DNA of 64,000 nt from Magnetococcales bacterium (GCA_002689455.1 NZGE01000033.1:16926-80925); one strand, 5' to 3'; counted from the stretch's first letter, positions 9,925 to 20,341 are shown. Program-made: numbers and translations. The notes: generated from the letters alone by a model not told the origin.

Positions 9925-12900
9925 ATGGCGTTTCCAGACTATGGTCCACTCCCAGAAATTAGTCAATTTACACAAGATGGATTTCTTCAAGGGTCGTTTT
10001 TATTCAGTCTATTCGCAGGTGAGGTAGATAATACGCTTGCATTGCATTATGTTGGGCTCACATTTGCTTTAATCGGTGCATTAGCTATTATTTTTATGAA
10101 AAAATTCCATAACATCACAACAATTGGTGCCTGGACGTTTCTATTAATTATTCTCCTTATTGGCCCTAAAGGGGCTAGTATCAATGCTTCTACAGGCGAA
10201 AGAGCAAGTAATGTGTTCTTCACAAGTGTCCCTACCAACACAAACAAAAACCCTAGCGGTATGTCGTATGCAAATGCTTTTACACCGCAAGCACTTGCAA
10301 TTGATATTATGAGCAAAATCCACAAAGCTATATATGTTGGCTTTTTTGATATTTCCGACCCAACAAACCCAAGAACACGTAATTTAGTTGAAGATTTAAC
10401 GACACAGCAGACAAACAGCCGTGATGGATCTTTAAATGAAAGACCTGATATTAAAGTGGAAATTTCTGCTTACACACATTTTTGTGGGAAACCTTCAAAT
10501 TTACCTCTTCCAATATACAATGAACTTTACACAACCAACATTAATACAGTTAACGAAGAGCTTAAAGATGCGGGCTTACCTTCAAAACTTAAGCTAGGGT
10601 TGTATCAACTCGACAAGGAGACCACATACGCGCTACAAAAAAGACTGTTCCGTGCAAGTTCCTTACCAGATTTTATGACGCAATATACTGCTGCATATTC
10701 TAATCAACCTGGGCAGTTTTACCCACCCTTTGCCATTGCATACCAAGAGTATAGCGACTTAGAAAAAGTTATGGAAAACTCGGGCCTACCAAACGATCTT
10801 GTTAAAACCTTCATGACATTTGGTTTTGATGAAAACGACGGGGAGGAACTTGCAGACTCCGAAAATGACTTTTTCGATTTTTTAACAACAAAAGAACGCT
10901 TGATCGATAGCATAGGCGGCACGCTAAAACCTATTGGTAGCTCAGCCATTACCAAGGAAACGCCGGCTTTTGCTGCTTTTATCGAAGACAATGATGCCTT
11001 ATCTGATATTGACAAAGGCAAAAGCCCGCGTACAGGTGAAAGATTTAAAGACGCTGACCCAATTGAAAAAAGGCTAAATAAAGTGCTAGAAGCATCCATC
11101 ATCCCAAGAGAAAAAGGACTTATTAAAGACGATCCTTGGGTGAATGTTGTAGATGAAGGGGGAAGGCACGCAACACCTATCAGCTTAGGTTTCATTACAC
11201 CAAACTTAAAAGAGGTGTATCAATCAAGAATTCATGAAGCTGACGACAGATTAAGCAACTTAGCGGACAAACCAATTCTAAACGTTGTATCATCATGCTC
11301 ACAACTACACCAACTCATTCACAGTCATGTTCGAGATGCGCTCGTTTATCAAAAAATGTGGCCAACTCATGGCGGCGCACCAACAAGCGGAATTGCACTT
11401 ACACAATCATTCGGCCTACAACTGATGGCCATTGGGACAAACAAGAATGAATATTTAAGTTACCCATATCCACCTGCTGACAATTTAAGCTCTGCACAAG
11501 AAAGCATAAACCAGTTAGTTCAAACAAATGCGCTTGCTTTGTCATACAATGACCCAACAAGCAATGAATTTAAAAACCTTTTAAATCCAGGACATGACCC
11601 TCTTGTAAGATTGTACGCGTCTGAATCATTAAGAAAGTCACTTTTAGCAAGTACCATTGAATCAGGTATAAACAACTCCTCTATTATGTATTCAATGACA
11701 TCTAACGAAGGTGCAGCTGCACGAAAAGTTAGAAACGAACTAACAAACCAATCAGGAGACCTTGCTGATTCCATGAGATTCCAAGCCTCAGGTGCAAGTA
11801 TCGTTAAAAGTATGCCAAGCATTGGATCTGGTCTTTTCCAGGATTTTGCCAACATTGTTGCGGACATTGGATTGAAAATATCCGCACAATTTGAAGGTAT
11901 TGGGGCTATTGCTTATATTCGATTCTTACAACTTATGATATCTATAGCATTATTCTTTATCATCATGTGTACACCAATTCTTTACATGATGGGTGTACTG
12001 GTGCCTGCACACGCACCTGGTGTTATTGCCACAAGTATTTTAGGTATTGTAGCCCTTAAAGCTATACCTATCGGCTTTACACTTGTAGATGCTATCATGT
12101 CCAATGCAATGAGTAGTTATGATATATTGAACTTCAATGAAACTGACCTAGCCCTAATGCTTTACGTAACAGCCACAGCATACACATCTATTACTATGGT
12201 TACATTATTCCTGTTATTTAAAGCTGGTGATACGCAATCCGTTATTGGCCAAATGGCAGCTCTTGATAACAAAGCAAACGAAATTGCAGATCAAGCCGCT
12301 ACAGTTGTTAAAGGCTTAGCCGTTGCGGCTGGTGCAGCTGTAACAGCAGGTGTTGGTGGTGCTATCGGCGGTGGTATTGCGGCAAAAGCTGCAGGCGCAG
12401 GTGCAAAAGGAATGTTAAAACAAGGCGCAACAACCGCACTCACACAAAGTGGTGAAGTTTTTGGTAAACGAGGCCTTCAGTCTATCCCTGGTGCGGGCGG
12501 ATTCGCAGGAGAAATTTTAAACTCTTACCGCGAAGGTAAAGGTCAAGGTACCGTTATGACTGAAATCGATAAAAACAATCTAGACATTGACCGTAAAGTT
12601 GCAGAAATAGATAAGGAACTAGCAAACCCTAACCTTGATGCAAACAGAAGAGCATCTCTAGAATCTGAACGTAAGAGAGAGTTAAGCGAACGTAAATCTT
12701 ACAATGAACACATGCAAGGCTATGCTGACGCTCAAGCTGAAGATAAATACAGAAGCCGCGTACAAGCTGCACGTAAAAACTGGGCAGCTGATAACGCCGA
12801 AGATGGATTTAAGAAATCGGCAGAATCTCAAGGCATGACAAATTACGAAGCAAGACGTAAGGCTATGAATGCTGAAGCCTCTGCTGGCTTAAACAGTACA

Positions 12901-13671
12901 TTAGGGTCAGCAGTTACAGCTCAAAAACTTGAAATGCAGGGTGATGTTCAAATTGGTGATGCAAACATTTCACCGCAAGCCGCGCAATCCATTGCACAAG
13001 GTATGGGTAAGGCCAACCTTATTACGTCACAAGGGTCTCCTGAACGTATTGCAGCACTTGAAAAAAGCGCACTTAACAAAGAAATGGATGCCGGTACAAA
13101 TGATATTTTAAATAACCAAGTTGATGGCCCGGGTCGCAAACCTATATTTAAACCATTTGATCGTGTTATGACCGATAAAAACGGCGACCCACTCCTTGAT
13201 AAGGATGGCCAACCAATCAAAGAAACAGTCACACAAGACCCATTATATGACCAAGGTGCAAGTGAAGTTAAATCCAAAATCCGTAAGGATCCTGAGTTGA
13301 AACATGTGGATTCTGCAACATTTACAAAAGTAACAGAGCGCGTTGCTGCTGAAGAGCTTGCAAAACATTATAAAGGCGAACTTAAAATGAACCTAGACAG
13401 CCGTGCGAGTGATATTTTAGGATATGAAAATCTAACCCAAAGAGCCTCTTCAGGTAAAGCTAAAGACCTATGGGTTACACCAAACCAGCAAGGCTATGAA
13501 GAACTTCGTAAAATTACTGGCACAGGTGAAGGTGAAGCTGTATCTCTCTTCAATATGCACATGGCAAGAAGCAACTCTGTAGCAACAAGAGCTAAAAACC
13601 TTGCAAAAGAGCATCAAGAGAAATTAGATGATGCAGAAAAATCTGTTGGCTTAAAACAACGTAACTCATAA
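9925..13671 (+). CDS. traG: TraG_F-like mating-pair stabilisation / pilus assembly protein (giant variant)
   Basis: 1248 aa. The topology resembles F TraG: two N-terminal transmembrane segments, a large loop of about 550 aa, a cluster of 4-5 transmembrane helices (aa about 640-780), and a long C-terminal domain with a Gly/Ala-rich stretch and coiled coil. Called from topology only. Confidence 0.4.
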   Translation: MAFPDYGPLPEISQFTQDGFLQGSFLFSLFAGEVDNTLALHYVGLTFALIGALAIIFMKKFHNITTIGAWTFLLIILLIGPKGASINASTGERASNVFFTSVPTNTNKNPSGMSYANAFTPQALAIDIMSKIHKAIYVGFFDISDPTNPRTRNLVEDLTTQQTNSRDGSLNERPDIKVEISAYTHFCGKPSNLPLPIYNELYTTNINTVNEELKDAGLPSKLKLGLYQLDKETTYALQKRLFRASSLPDFMTQYTAAYSNQPGQFYPPFAIAYQEYSDLEKVMENSGLPNDLVKTFMTFGFDENDGEELADSENDFFDFLTTKERLIDSIGGTLKPIGSSAITKETPAFAAFIEDNDALSDIDKGKSPRTGERFKDADPIEKRLNKVLEASIIPREKGLIKDDPWVNVVDEGGRHATPISLGFITPNLKEVYQSRIHEADDRLSNLADKPILNVVSSCSQLHQLIHSHVRDALVYQKMWPTHGGAPTSGIALTQSFGLQLMAIGTNKNEYLSYPYPPADNLSSAQESINQLVQTNALALSYNDPTSNEFKNLLNPGHDPLVRLYASESLRKSLLASTIESGINNSSIMYSMTSNEGAAARKVRNELTNQSGDLADSMRFQASGASIVKSMPSIGSGLFQDFANIVADIGLKISAQFEGIGAIAYIRFLQLMISIALFFIIMCTPILYMMGVLVPAHAPGVIATSILGIVALKAIPIGFTLVDAIMSNAMSSYDILNFNETDLALMLYVTATAYTSITMVTLFLLFKAGDTQSVIGQMAALDNKANEIADQAATVVKGLAVAAGAAVTAGVGGAIGGGIAAKAAGAGAKGMLKQGATTALTQSGEVFGKRGLQSIPGAGGFAGEILNSYREGKGQGTVMTEIDKNNLDIDRKVAEIDKELANPNLDANRRASLESERKRELSERKSYNEHMQGYADAQAEDKYRSRVQAARKNWAADNAEDGFKKSAESQGMTNYEARRKAMNAEASAGLNSTLGSAVTAQKLEMQGDVQIGDANISPQAAQSIAQGMGKANLITSQGSPERIAALEKSALNKEMDAGTNDILNNQVDGPGRKPIFKPFDRVMTDKNGDPLLDKDGQPIKETVTQDPLYDQGASEVKSKIRKDPELKHVDSATFTKVTERVAAEELAKHYKGELKMNLDSRASDILGYENLTQRASSGKAKDLWVTPNQQGYEELRKITGTGEGEAVSLFNMHMARSNSVATRAKNLAKEHQEKLDDAEKSVGLKQRNS

Positions 13672-13699
13672 AATTAAAAAATAAATAAAAAGAAAAACA

Positions 13700-15604
13700 A
13701 TGAGTGATAACACAAGAACCAATAATAAGCGTGCGCCGTGGGTACGCATGGCGTCTGCCTATTACAGATCAGAAAATGGCGAAAACCCTAAATTAGCAGA
13801 TGCTAATTTATATACTTTCGACCCTATATTAGATGAGCTTATTGAAGAACATCTAATTGATTATGATCTACCGATAACACCTTGCATAGACGGTCACAAT
13901 GTCATGACCACAACAAGTACTCCTTCATTTTTAAATACAAACGTAAAAGTACCTTTATCACCAAACTTTGTACGAGATTTAGCTGGCCGTATTATTTACA
14001 TTGGCTACGGTCCTGAAATAAAAAAAACAGATCAATGGGACAACAACCGCCATGTCACATTTCCTAAAAATTGCCGCGTTGTAACAAATGACATTGATGG
14101 AAGTGAATATATTGAAAACATTTTTCTGACAAGGTTTCGCACACTGGATGTAAGCATTTTTTACGAAGATGATGCCCATCAAAAGCTTTTTTGCTATAAA
14201 AATGAAAACCATTACCCTTACAAGCTTCGCTTAGATACTTTTTATCAAGACGGTTGGCGCCTTCCCCAAACCAATATGCTTTATGCTCGTAAAAGCGTTG
14301 AACAATCAAAGGCAAACACAATTGGGCAAAAGTTTATTGACGAATGGGAAAACTCAAAAGACATTCTTTCATACCCTGAATTTCTTGAAAAAAATGGTGG
14401 TGATGAATGGCTTAATAAATTATTCCAAGCCGGTTGTACGATCATTCCTACACATGAAGCTTATAATAGCTACTATATTGTAAACAGCGAGTATGAAATT
14501 GAAAAAAGACGATCGGGTGTCGCCGTTCAAGGACTTCACCAAATCCTAGATGAAAAAGCGAGCAGCGAACCTAAAGGAACAATTATTGAGGTAATTAGAC
14601 CTGGATACATTACATCCACACATATTGAACCAGCACAAGTCATTGTAAGTGATGGCATGCGCTACGATGCCAGTAAAAAAGCCTATCCACTCCCAATGCA
14701 CCCAGACTTACGTTTACCACATCAACGAACTCAATGCGTTTGGGGTGCAACATGGCTTCCGACTCACCCAGCACACTTTGATGCACCTGCCATTTGGGGG
14801 TGGGATATGGCTACAGGGCACTTCTTACAAATGACCGGACCTTTATGGGATCCTTTACATTATTATTATGAGAGTACACCTTTAGTCATACGTGCATTTA
14901 AAGACCCTTCACCAACAAGCAAACACATTGCAAAAGTCCCTGAAGATATGAAGGATAGATTTTATCCAGCAACATCCATTAAAGGTTTTGATATGATAAG
15001 TTACAACACCTTAAAAATGAGACTGGAAAAAGACATTCACCCTAAATCTGCCATTGTTAGAGTAAATGATGCCGACATAAGTTCTAGTTTCGGGTATCAC
15101 CCACTCCCTTATAATTATGAATATGAACTTAATCACATTTGGTTTCCTGAGTTAATGCCATCCAATAGAACACCTTTAATGCCTCAAAACATAAAAACTG
15201 TTCCTGTTATTGAGTCATATTTAACGCCAGATTATTATTTAGCAAATACGCCAGATGAAAACGAAGAAGAGCGGTTAATAAAATATAACTTACTCAGCAA
15301 TACTAGCTCTCCTTTATTAAAAAAATACCCTCAATTAAATAGGTACCTTTCAGAGTTTGATGCAGACAAAGCCAAAGAAGCTGGTTTAATCATTTTAAAT
15401 ATACCTAGCAGCCTCATAGAAGACGTTTCAACACTCTATGCGAGTGATGACATTGACAACATCATAAAAGCAACCGAAATGCCCTTTTATCGTGCTGTAA
15501 AAGAAATGAGAATTAAATCTTTAAAAGAGTTAAATAAACATATTGAAGATTACAATAGCGACATTCAAAAGTTTCTATACAATTACTGGAAGGCATCATC
15601 GTAA
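13700..15604 (+). CDS. Hypothetical soluble protein (634 aa)
   Basis: Intact ORF 28 nt after the traG-like stop. No signal peptide, transmembrane segment or ATPase motif. Confidence 0.35.
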   Translation: MSDNTRTNNKRAPWVRMASAYYRSENGENPKLADANLYTFDPILDELIEEHLIDYDLPITPCIDGHNVMTTTSTPSFLNTNVKVPLSPNFVRDLAGRIIYIGYGPEIKKTDQWDNNRHVTFPKNCRVVTNDIDGSEYIENIFLTRFRTLDVSIFYEDDAHQKLFCYKNENHYPYKLRLDTFYQDGWRLPQTNMLYARKSVEQSKANTIGQKFIDEWENSKDILSYPEFLEKNGGDEWLNKLFQAGCTIIPTHEAYNSYYIVNSEYEIEKRRSGVAVQGLHQILDEKASSEPKGTIIEVIRPGYITSTHIEPAQVIVSDGMRYDASKKAYPLPMHPDLRLPHQRTQCVWGATWLPTHPAHFDAPAIWGWDMATGHFLQMTGPLWDPLHYYYESTPLVIRAFKDPSPTSKHIAKVPEDMKDRFYPATSIKGFDMISYNTLKMRLEKDIHPKSAIVRVNDADISSSFGYHPLPYNYEYELNHIWFPELMPSNRTPLMPQNIKTVPVIESYLTPDYYLANTPDENEEERLIKYNLLSNTSSPLLKKYPQLNRYLSEFDADKAKEAGLIILNIPSSLIEDVSTLYASDDIDNIIKATEMPFYRAVKEMRIKSLKELNKHIEDYNSDIQKFLYNYWKASS

Positions 15605-15606
15605 AG

Positions 15607-16233
15607 CTATTTATAGTACATAGGATTTGGACTTACAGTTAAGGGTGAACCATCCTCATTAATCATGTAGTATTGGTATGCATCATCATTGGTATCACCA
15701 CTTGATAAAGAATTAAGTCCAATACCTTCAGCTGCATTAGCATCTTGATCTTTCTCAGAACTTAGAGGTGAAGCCTCATTTGTATCAGCTGCAATAGTAG
15801 TACCGGCACACCAACTATCAAGTGTTTCAACATCTTCATAGTCTGCTGCAGAGTAGCCTTTACGAGAGGCGATTTCGCTGTCACCAAAAGCTTTTACAAC
15901 ACCTTTAAAATACCAATCAAACAAACCTGGTAAACCTGTTAATGCAACACCTGCAATGAAGAAGAAAAACCCATACTTAGATCTAGACATCAAATAAGAA
16001 TATAGACCAGCCATAGAAACTAACAAACCAATTACGGTACCAAACGTACCACTTATCAGACCTCTAACATCACAATAGAATGAAGCAACCATATAATCTA
16101 CACTTTCAGATGTAGAATGCAAAGTCGCATCCATTGAAGGCGCTGTTGTTGGCCCAATACCTGTAGCCATAGAATATGAAGCATATAAAGTAAATAAGCC
16201 CAAACCTAAAATAAATATACTAAATTTTTGCAT
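15607..16233 (-). CDS. Small membrane protein with signal peptide and two hydrophobic helices (VirB2/TrbC-pilin-like layout or exclusion protein)
   Basis: 208 aa. N-terminal signal (FILGLGLFTLYASYSMA), then two Gly-rich transmembrane helices, then an acidic C-terminal tail. Confidence 0.3.
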   Translation of the reverse strand: MQKFSIFILGLGLFTLYASYSMATGIGPTTAPSMDATLHSTSESVDYMVASFYCDVRGLISGTFGTVIGLLVSMAGLYSYLMSRSKYGFFFFIAGVALTGLPGLFDWYFKGVVKAFGDSEIASRKGYSAADYEDVETLDSWCAGTTIAADTNEASPLSSEKDQDANAAEGIGLNSLSSGDTNDDAYQYYMINEDGSPLTVSPNPMYYK

Positions 16234-16235
16234 AA

Positions 16236-17984
16236 TCAGTTAGACCCTCTAGAGTTGTATAGTTTAGATATCATTTGTGCATAATCTTTTTGTTGTAGTC
16301 TCTTTCTTTCGAAACTATCCAACTTACGCTTATATGAACCAATCAAAGTATCTAGAGCACCTCTAACATATTGAGGTGGCGCATTGCGATCAGTTGACAC
16401 AATGGCACTTAAATCTAGCTGTGCAAGCTCTAGTCTATGGATTAAAAAACTTAAAATATTATGTGTTACCGCATAAGCCACTTGCGTTCTATAGCCAAGT
16501 AAAACAGCATCCGCAGACCCGCTATCAGCATCATCTGTTAACGCAATATATTCAGCCAGTGTTAGCCTAAGGTCATTTCGCAATGAACATTTAACGCCAT
16601 ACTCAACAACATTTCTAAAGTTAGGGATCACAATATTATTCACATTGGAATCACTATTATCAGAATGCCCTGCTCCAAAATCAACATGCAAGTTATCACC
16701 ATAGATTGTCCCTGCATTTAGAGGAGGTGGAAGAAATGGTGCTGTTGTTGTAATATCGTATGCAGCAACCATAGGTGTGAAATTTTCCCACTCAACTATT
16801 CCTGAACCATCAACTGGTGCAGAGCAATTAACATAATTTCTATATGCATCCTCTAAAAATGGAGGATCAATTAAAACACCAGGACCATCATCAACACCTA
16901 AGTCTGTAGATGCAGCCATAACATCATCATAATCAGCGATGGTTTCAACATGGCCACCATCAACGTTTTCACCATCAATTGCAATTTGATAAGCAAGATT
17001 CCTATCCGTTGCTTTCACCAATGCCTTTGCAAAACCTTGAGCGTAATTTGTAAAACCTTCTGAAAGACCGAAAGCGAGATCAAAAATTTGAATAGGCGAA
17101 ATAGATTCAGGCGATACCCTCACCTCACTAGAGGCTACAATAGCTGAATCTAAAGATGCAGACTCACTTCCGTCCGCGCAATTTGTGTAACTTGCCGTGC
17201 TAGAGTTTGTACACCAGCGAATATTTGGCAACAATGCTAGAAGTGTGCAATCACGCCCTGTTGTGGTTTGAATACAAGCACTTGTATTTTGCAACGCAGA
17301 ATATAGCGTCCCATTCCATTTTGGAGAATCCAGAACCTGCTCAGTGGCCTCATACAAACTTTTATTTAATGTTTCACCTGTTTGTTCAGTGTAATCAGGA
17401 GATGACAAACAGAACTTAAAAGCTTGCGCTGTTACATCAGGCCCAGTTGAACCTTCTTGCTCCATATATGATTGAATGCAATTTTGAACTGCCTGCCACT
17501 GAGCTGGCGCCAGCTCATCTTTATATTCCATAGCGGCACACCTGTCCTGCAGTTCACGCACACGTGAGCCTGCAAAATTTTCTAAACCATTAAAAATCTG
17601 AGCAACGGCTGGTGAATTAAACAAAGTGGTAACCATATAATTAGAAACAGATGTGTTAAAATATTCATTAAGCGTTGAATCGTCTGTATTTAGAATAGTT
17701 TTACGGGCTTCATGAGTGTCTAATGCCCCACAACCAAGCGTACCCAACACTCTTTCATCACTCAAAGTAACGCCTGAAGCTGATAAATCATTTGTTCGGT
17801 TTGAAGTAATCGGTCTTTTATGTGTCGGTACAAACCCAACACTTCCCGCATTATTTAACCTTAATTCTGGGTTGGTCTCTACTGCATTTGAAAGGTGTGA
17901 AAAACCCATTAAAGTGCAAAAAACACCTGTTAAAACAAGAACTTTGCTTTTAATCATAAACTTCACCTCTTCGTTTGCAAACAC
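16236..17984 (-). CDS. Cys-rich secreted protein, possible TraN/TraH/TraU-class F-type outer-membrane/periplasmic component
   Basis: 582 aa. The likely signal peptide starts at the internal Met (MIKSKVLVLTGVFCTLMGFSHLSNA). About 11 Cys are spread through the mature part. Confidence 0.3.
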   Translation of the reverse strand: MFANEEVKFMIKSKVLVLTGVFCTLMGFSHLSNAVETNPELRLNNAGSVGFVPTHKRPITSNRTNDLSASGVTLSDERVLGTLGCGALDTHEARKTILNTDDSTLNEYFNTSVSNYMVTTLFNSPAVAQIFNGLENFAGSRVRELQDRCAAMEYKDELAPAQWQAVQNCIQSYMEQEGSTGPDVTAQAFKFCLSSPDYTEQTGETLNKSLYEATEQVLDSPKWNGTLYSALQNTSACIQTTTGRDCTLLALLPNIRWCTNSSTASYTNCADGSESASLDSAIVASSEVRVSPESISPIQIFDLAFGLSEGFTNYAQGFAKALVKATDRNLAYQIAIDGENVDGGHVETIADYDDVMAASTDLGVDDGPGVLIDPPFLEDAYRNYVNCSAPVDGSGIVEWENFTPMVAAYDITTTAPFLPPPLNAGTIYGDNLHVDFGAGHSDNSDSNVNNIVIPNFRNVVEYGVKCSLRNDLRLTLAEYIALTDDADSGSADAVLLGYRTQVAYAVTHNILSFLIHRLELAQLDLSAIVSTDRNAPPQYVRGALDTLIGSYKRKLDSFERKRLQQKDYAQMISKLYNSRGSN

Positions 17985-18054
17985 ACTTTAAATTAATTAT
18001 AGTGCTGAAAACCCTTTGTTTCAAGGTTGTTTTAATAAATAAACAACATTAAAG

Positions 18055-20205
18055 TTAAGTGTTTTTAGCGTTTGAACGTGCTCTGACCACTTCATCTTTT
18101 GGTGTTTGGTTATAAACTTCCACACGCAGTGCATTTAAATTCTTATCCGCTAAGTCTACAAGCATCGCCACTTCAATAGATTGTTTACGGCGTAATTTCA
18201 AACGGCGAAGGTCTTTTAAGGCATATTCTAATGCGTGAGCTGCACCTGTTAAGCGCTCATTTAAAGCATAAAAGGCTTTAAGCTCCTTCAATTCATCTTC
18301 AATCACTTTCGGGCTACCAAAACGCATCAATTCTGCTGCTTCAAGTTCCTTCTTCAAGGCATCAATTTCACTTGTTGCGGCATCTAGTTCTTCTTTTTGG
18401 TTGGCAATCACCGACTCACGGCGCTGTGTCCAAATTTCAGAATCTTTTAAATCACGTTCGTAGTCTTCAATACGTTTTTTCAAAGCTTGAACCACACGGG
18501 CGCTTGAAGCGTCCACAACAGCCGATTGCATTGCCGTTGTCACTACAGGCTCTACATCTTTGTTTGGTGCATGTTTTGCAACAAATGCATCAATTTTATC
18601 TTCGACAGCTGCTTGGTGCAGGTCATTAAACTTACTGCCCTTCGACCATGCAATGCCCGCACGGCGGATAAAGTCTGCCATTTTAATTTGAACAGGCTCG
18701 GACAAGTCTGCACAAGTGCTTGCATTGGTTACCTGAATAAGACCATCTTCAAACAATGCACGTAACTTAGGACAAGCCTTATCTTTAACCTTTGCATAAA
18801 CCAAAACGTTTGTACGGCTTGTGCCTACACAGTCAGCAATTTTTTGCTGTGACAAACCTATATCAGAAAGTGCTGATATAGCGTAATACAAATCAATTTT
18901 TGATGGTTTAAGCGTACGCATATTAATGGCAACACGTAAAATTTTAGCATCTGTTTCAGATGGGATTTTGTGAACAATACACATATAGTCACTTCGTCCC
19001 TGCTCTTTCGCAAGTTCTAGACGACGCTCACCATCAATAATAAAGCCTTCTTCATTAATAAGCGCTGGATATTGCCCATCATCGAACTCGTGTGAAGCAG
19101 CATATGTGTTAAATTGATCTTCCGATTCAGGCGAATGAAAATCGAAGTTCTCAAAAGGAATTAAACTGTCGATTGAACGCAATTCAACGCCTTGAAGTGG
19201 ATATTTTTTAACTTCTTCACTTGTAAACACATCCTGATATACAGGCGACTTTGCTTTTGCTTGCGCTTTTGGCTTTTGCAACTTTTTAGTTTCAGACTTC
19301 GCAGAAACCTCTAAAGCAATCGTTTCATAATCCTTTTCAATGGTTGGGTAAGCTTCTTTAAAGGTGTCAACCACATGGCTTGCCTTTTCAACTGCAATGT
19401 TTTTCAAAGCTTTCAAGACAAGCCTATTCACACGTTTTTCATTAAACTTTAAACGTTCAAAATCACGTGAAACAGAAACATGGTCACCATCAATAATACG
19501 TTGTACATAAAAAGCATCCATAAGCTCATTCATCACCTGTGAAGCACGGGAGTCTGTCACACCGAAGTGGTAAGCGATTTCTTGGAAATTATAAACACCG
19601 CCTACTTTAACATGTAACAAGGCTGCTTTTTTCTTTTCATCCGTTTCTTTAGCAACAAGGTCATTTAATACACGTTCAAAGAAACTATCACGCATAATTT
19701 TCAAAGCAATTTCTCCTTTATTTTCATCACGCGCTTGCGATGCTTCACCTGCAAGCATTTCCTGCATTGGGCTTTCATGGTCAAGGTGCTGAACAAGCAA
19801 TGGCGGGTCTGAACGAAAACGTTCCTTTTCATCATCGCCTAATTTTTCTGTAAAGGCTTGGCGGGCTTTATACTCGGGGTTGCCGTTGCGAATTTCCATA
19901 GCGCAGCTTTCCATGCGGCTACCAAAAAATGTTGTAAATAATACAGAAACAATTGAGCCATCTGCTTTTTCGTAAACAGGGCTATAGTCACGTAAGCATT
20001 TTAATAATACTTCGTAACCTTCTTGGAAAAGCTCTTCAACATCTAGGTGGTAATAACGTGCAATTTTAGCAACAGCTTGACGGCGAGAATCAAGGAAACC
20101 TACAGCATCTTCTAGTGCCTGCTTATACCCCTCATCTTCCAATTTCATGGCATCCAACTTTTTCTGCGTTGGCATTTTTGTCAGTTTTTCTTTTTTAGAA
20201 ACCAC
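18055..20205 (-). CDS. Sigma-70 (region 2 + region 4)-like N-terminal domain fused to a ParB/Spo0J-like domain, with a coiled-coil C-terminus
   Basis: aa about 60-100, LFQEGYEVLLKCLRDYSP...FTTFFGSRMESCAMEI, resembles sigma70 region 2 (DLIQEGNIGLMKAVEKFDP...FSTYATWWIRQAI). FQEIAYHFGVTDSRASQVMNELM resembles the region 4 HTH. aa about 330-470 has the ParB N-terminal motif (FIIDGERR) and a helix-turn-helix (QQKIADCVGTSRTNV). 716 aa. Confidence 0.5.
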   Translation of the reverse strand: MVSKKEKLTKMPTQKKLDAMKLEDEGYKQALEDAVGFLDSRRQAVAKIARYYHLDVEELFQEGYEVLLKCLRDYSPVYEKADGSIVSVLFTTFFGSRMESCAMEIRNGNPEYKARQAFTEKLGDDEKERFRSDPPLLVQHLDHESPMQEMLAGEASQARDENKGEIALKIMRDSFFERVLNDLVAKETDEKKKAALLHVKVGGVYNFQEIAYHFGVTDSRASQVMNELMDAFYVQRIIDGDHVSVSRDFERLKFNEKRVNRLVLKALKNIAVEKASHVVDTFKEAYPTIEKDYETIALEVSAKSETKKLQKPKAQAKAKSPVYQDVFTSEEVKKYPLQGVELRSIDSLIPFENFDFHSPESEDQFNTYAASHEFDDGQYPALINEEGFIIDGERRLELAKEQGRSDYMCIVHKIPSETDAKILRVAINMRTLKPSKIDLYYAISALSDIGLSQQKIADCVGTSRTNVLVYAKVKDKACPKLRALFEDGLIQVTNASTCADLSEPVQIKMADFIRRAGIAWSKGSKFNDLHQAAVEDKIDAFVAKHAPNKDVEPVVTTAMQSAVVDASSARVVQALKKRIEDYERDLKDSEIWTQRRESVIANQKEELDAATSEIDALKKELEAAELMRFGSPKVIEDELKELKAFYALNERLTGAAHALEYALKDLRRLKLRRKQSIEVAMLVDLADKNLNALRVEVYNQTPKDEVVRARSNAKNT

Positions 20206-20341
20206 AAGTTCACCCTTTTGATTTACTCAACTTTTCATAGAATTCAACGTATATATTCTAAACACTTCTAAATATTATGCGAGAAAAATAGTAACTTATC
20301 AATGAATCCCAAATAAAGAGTGTCAGAAATTTGCAACTGAA

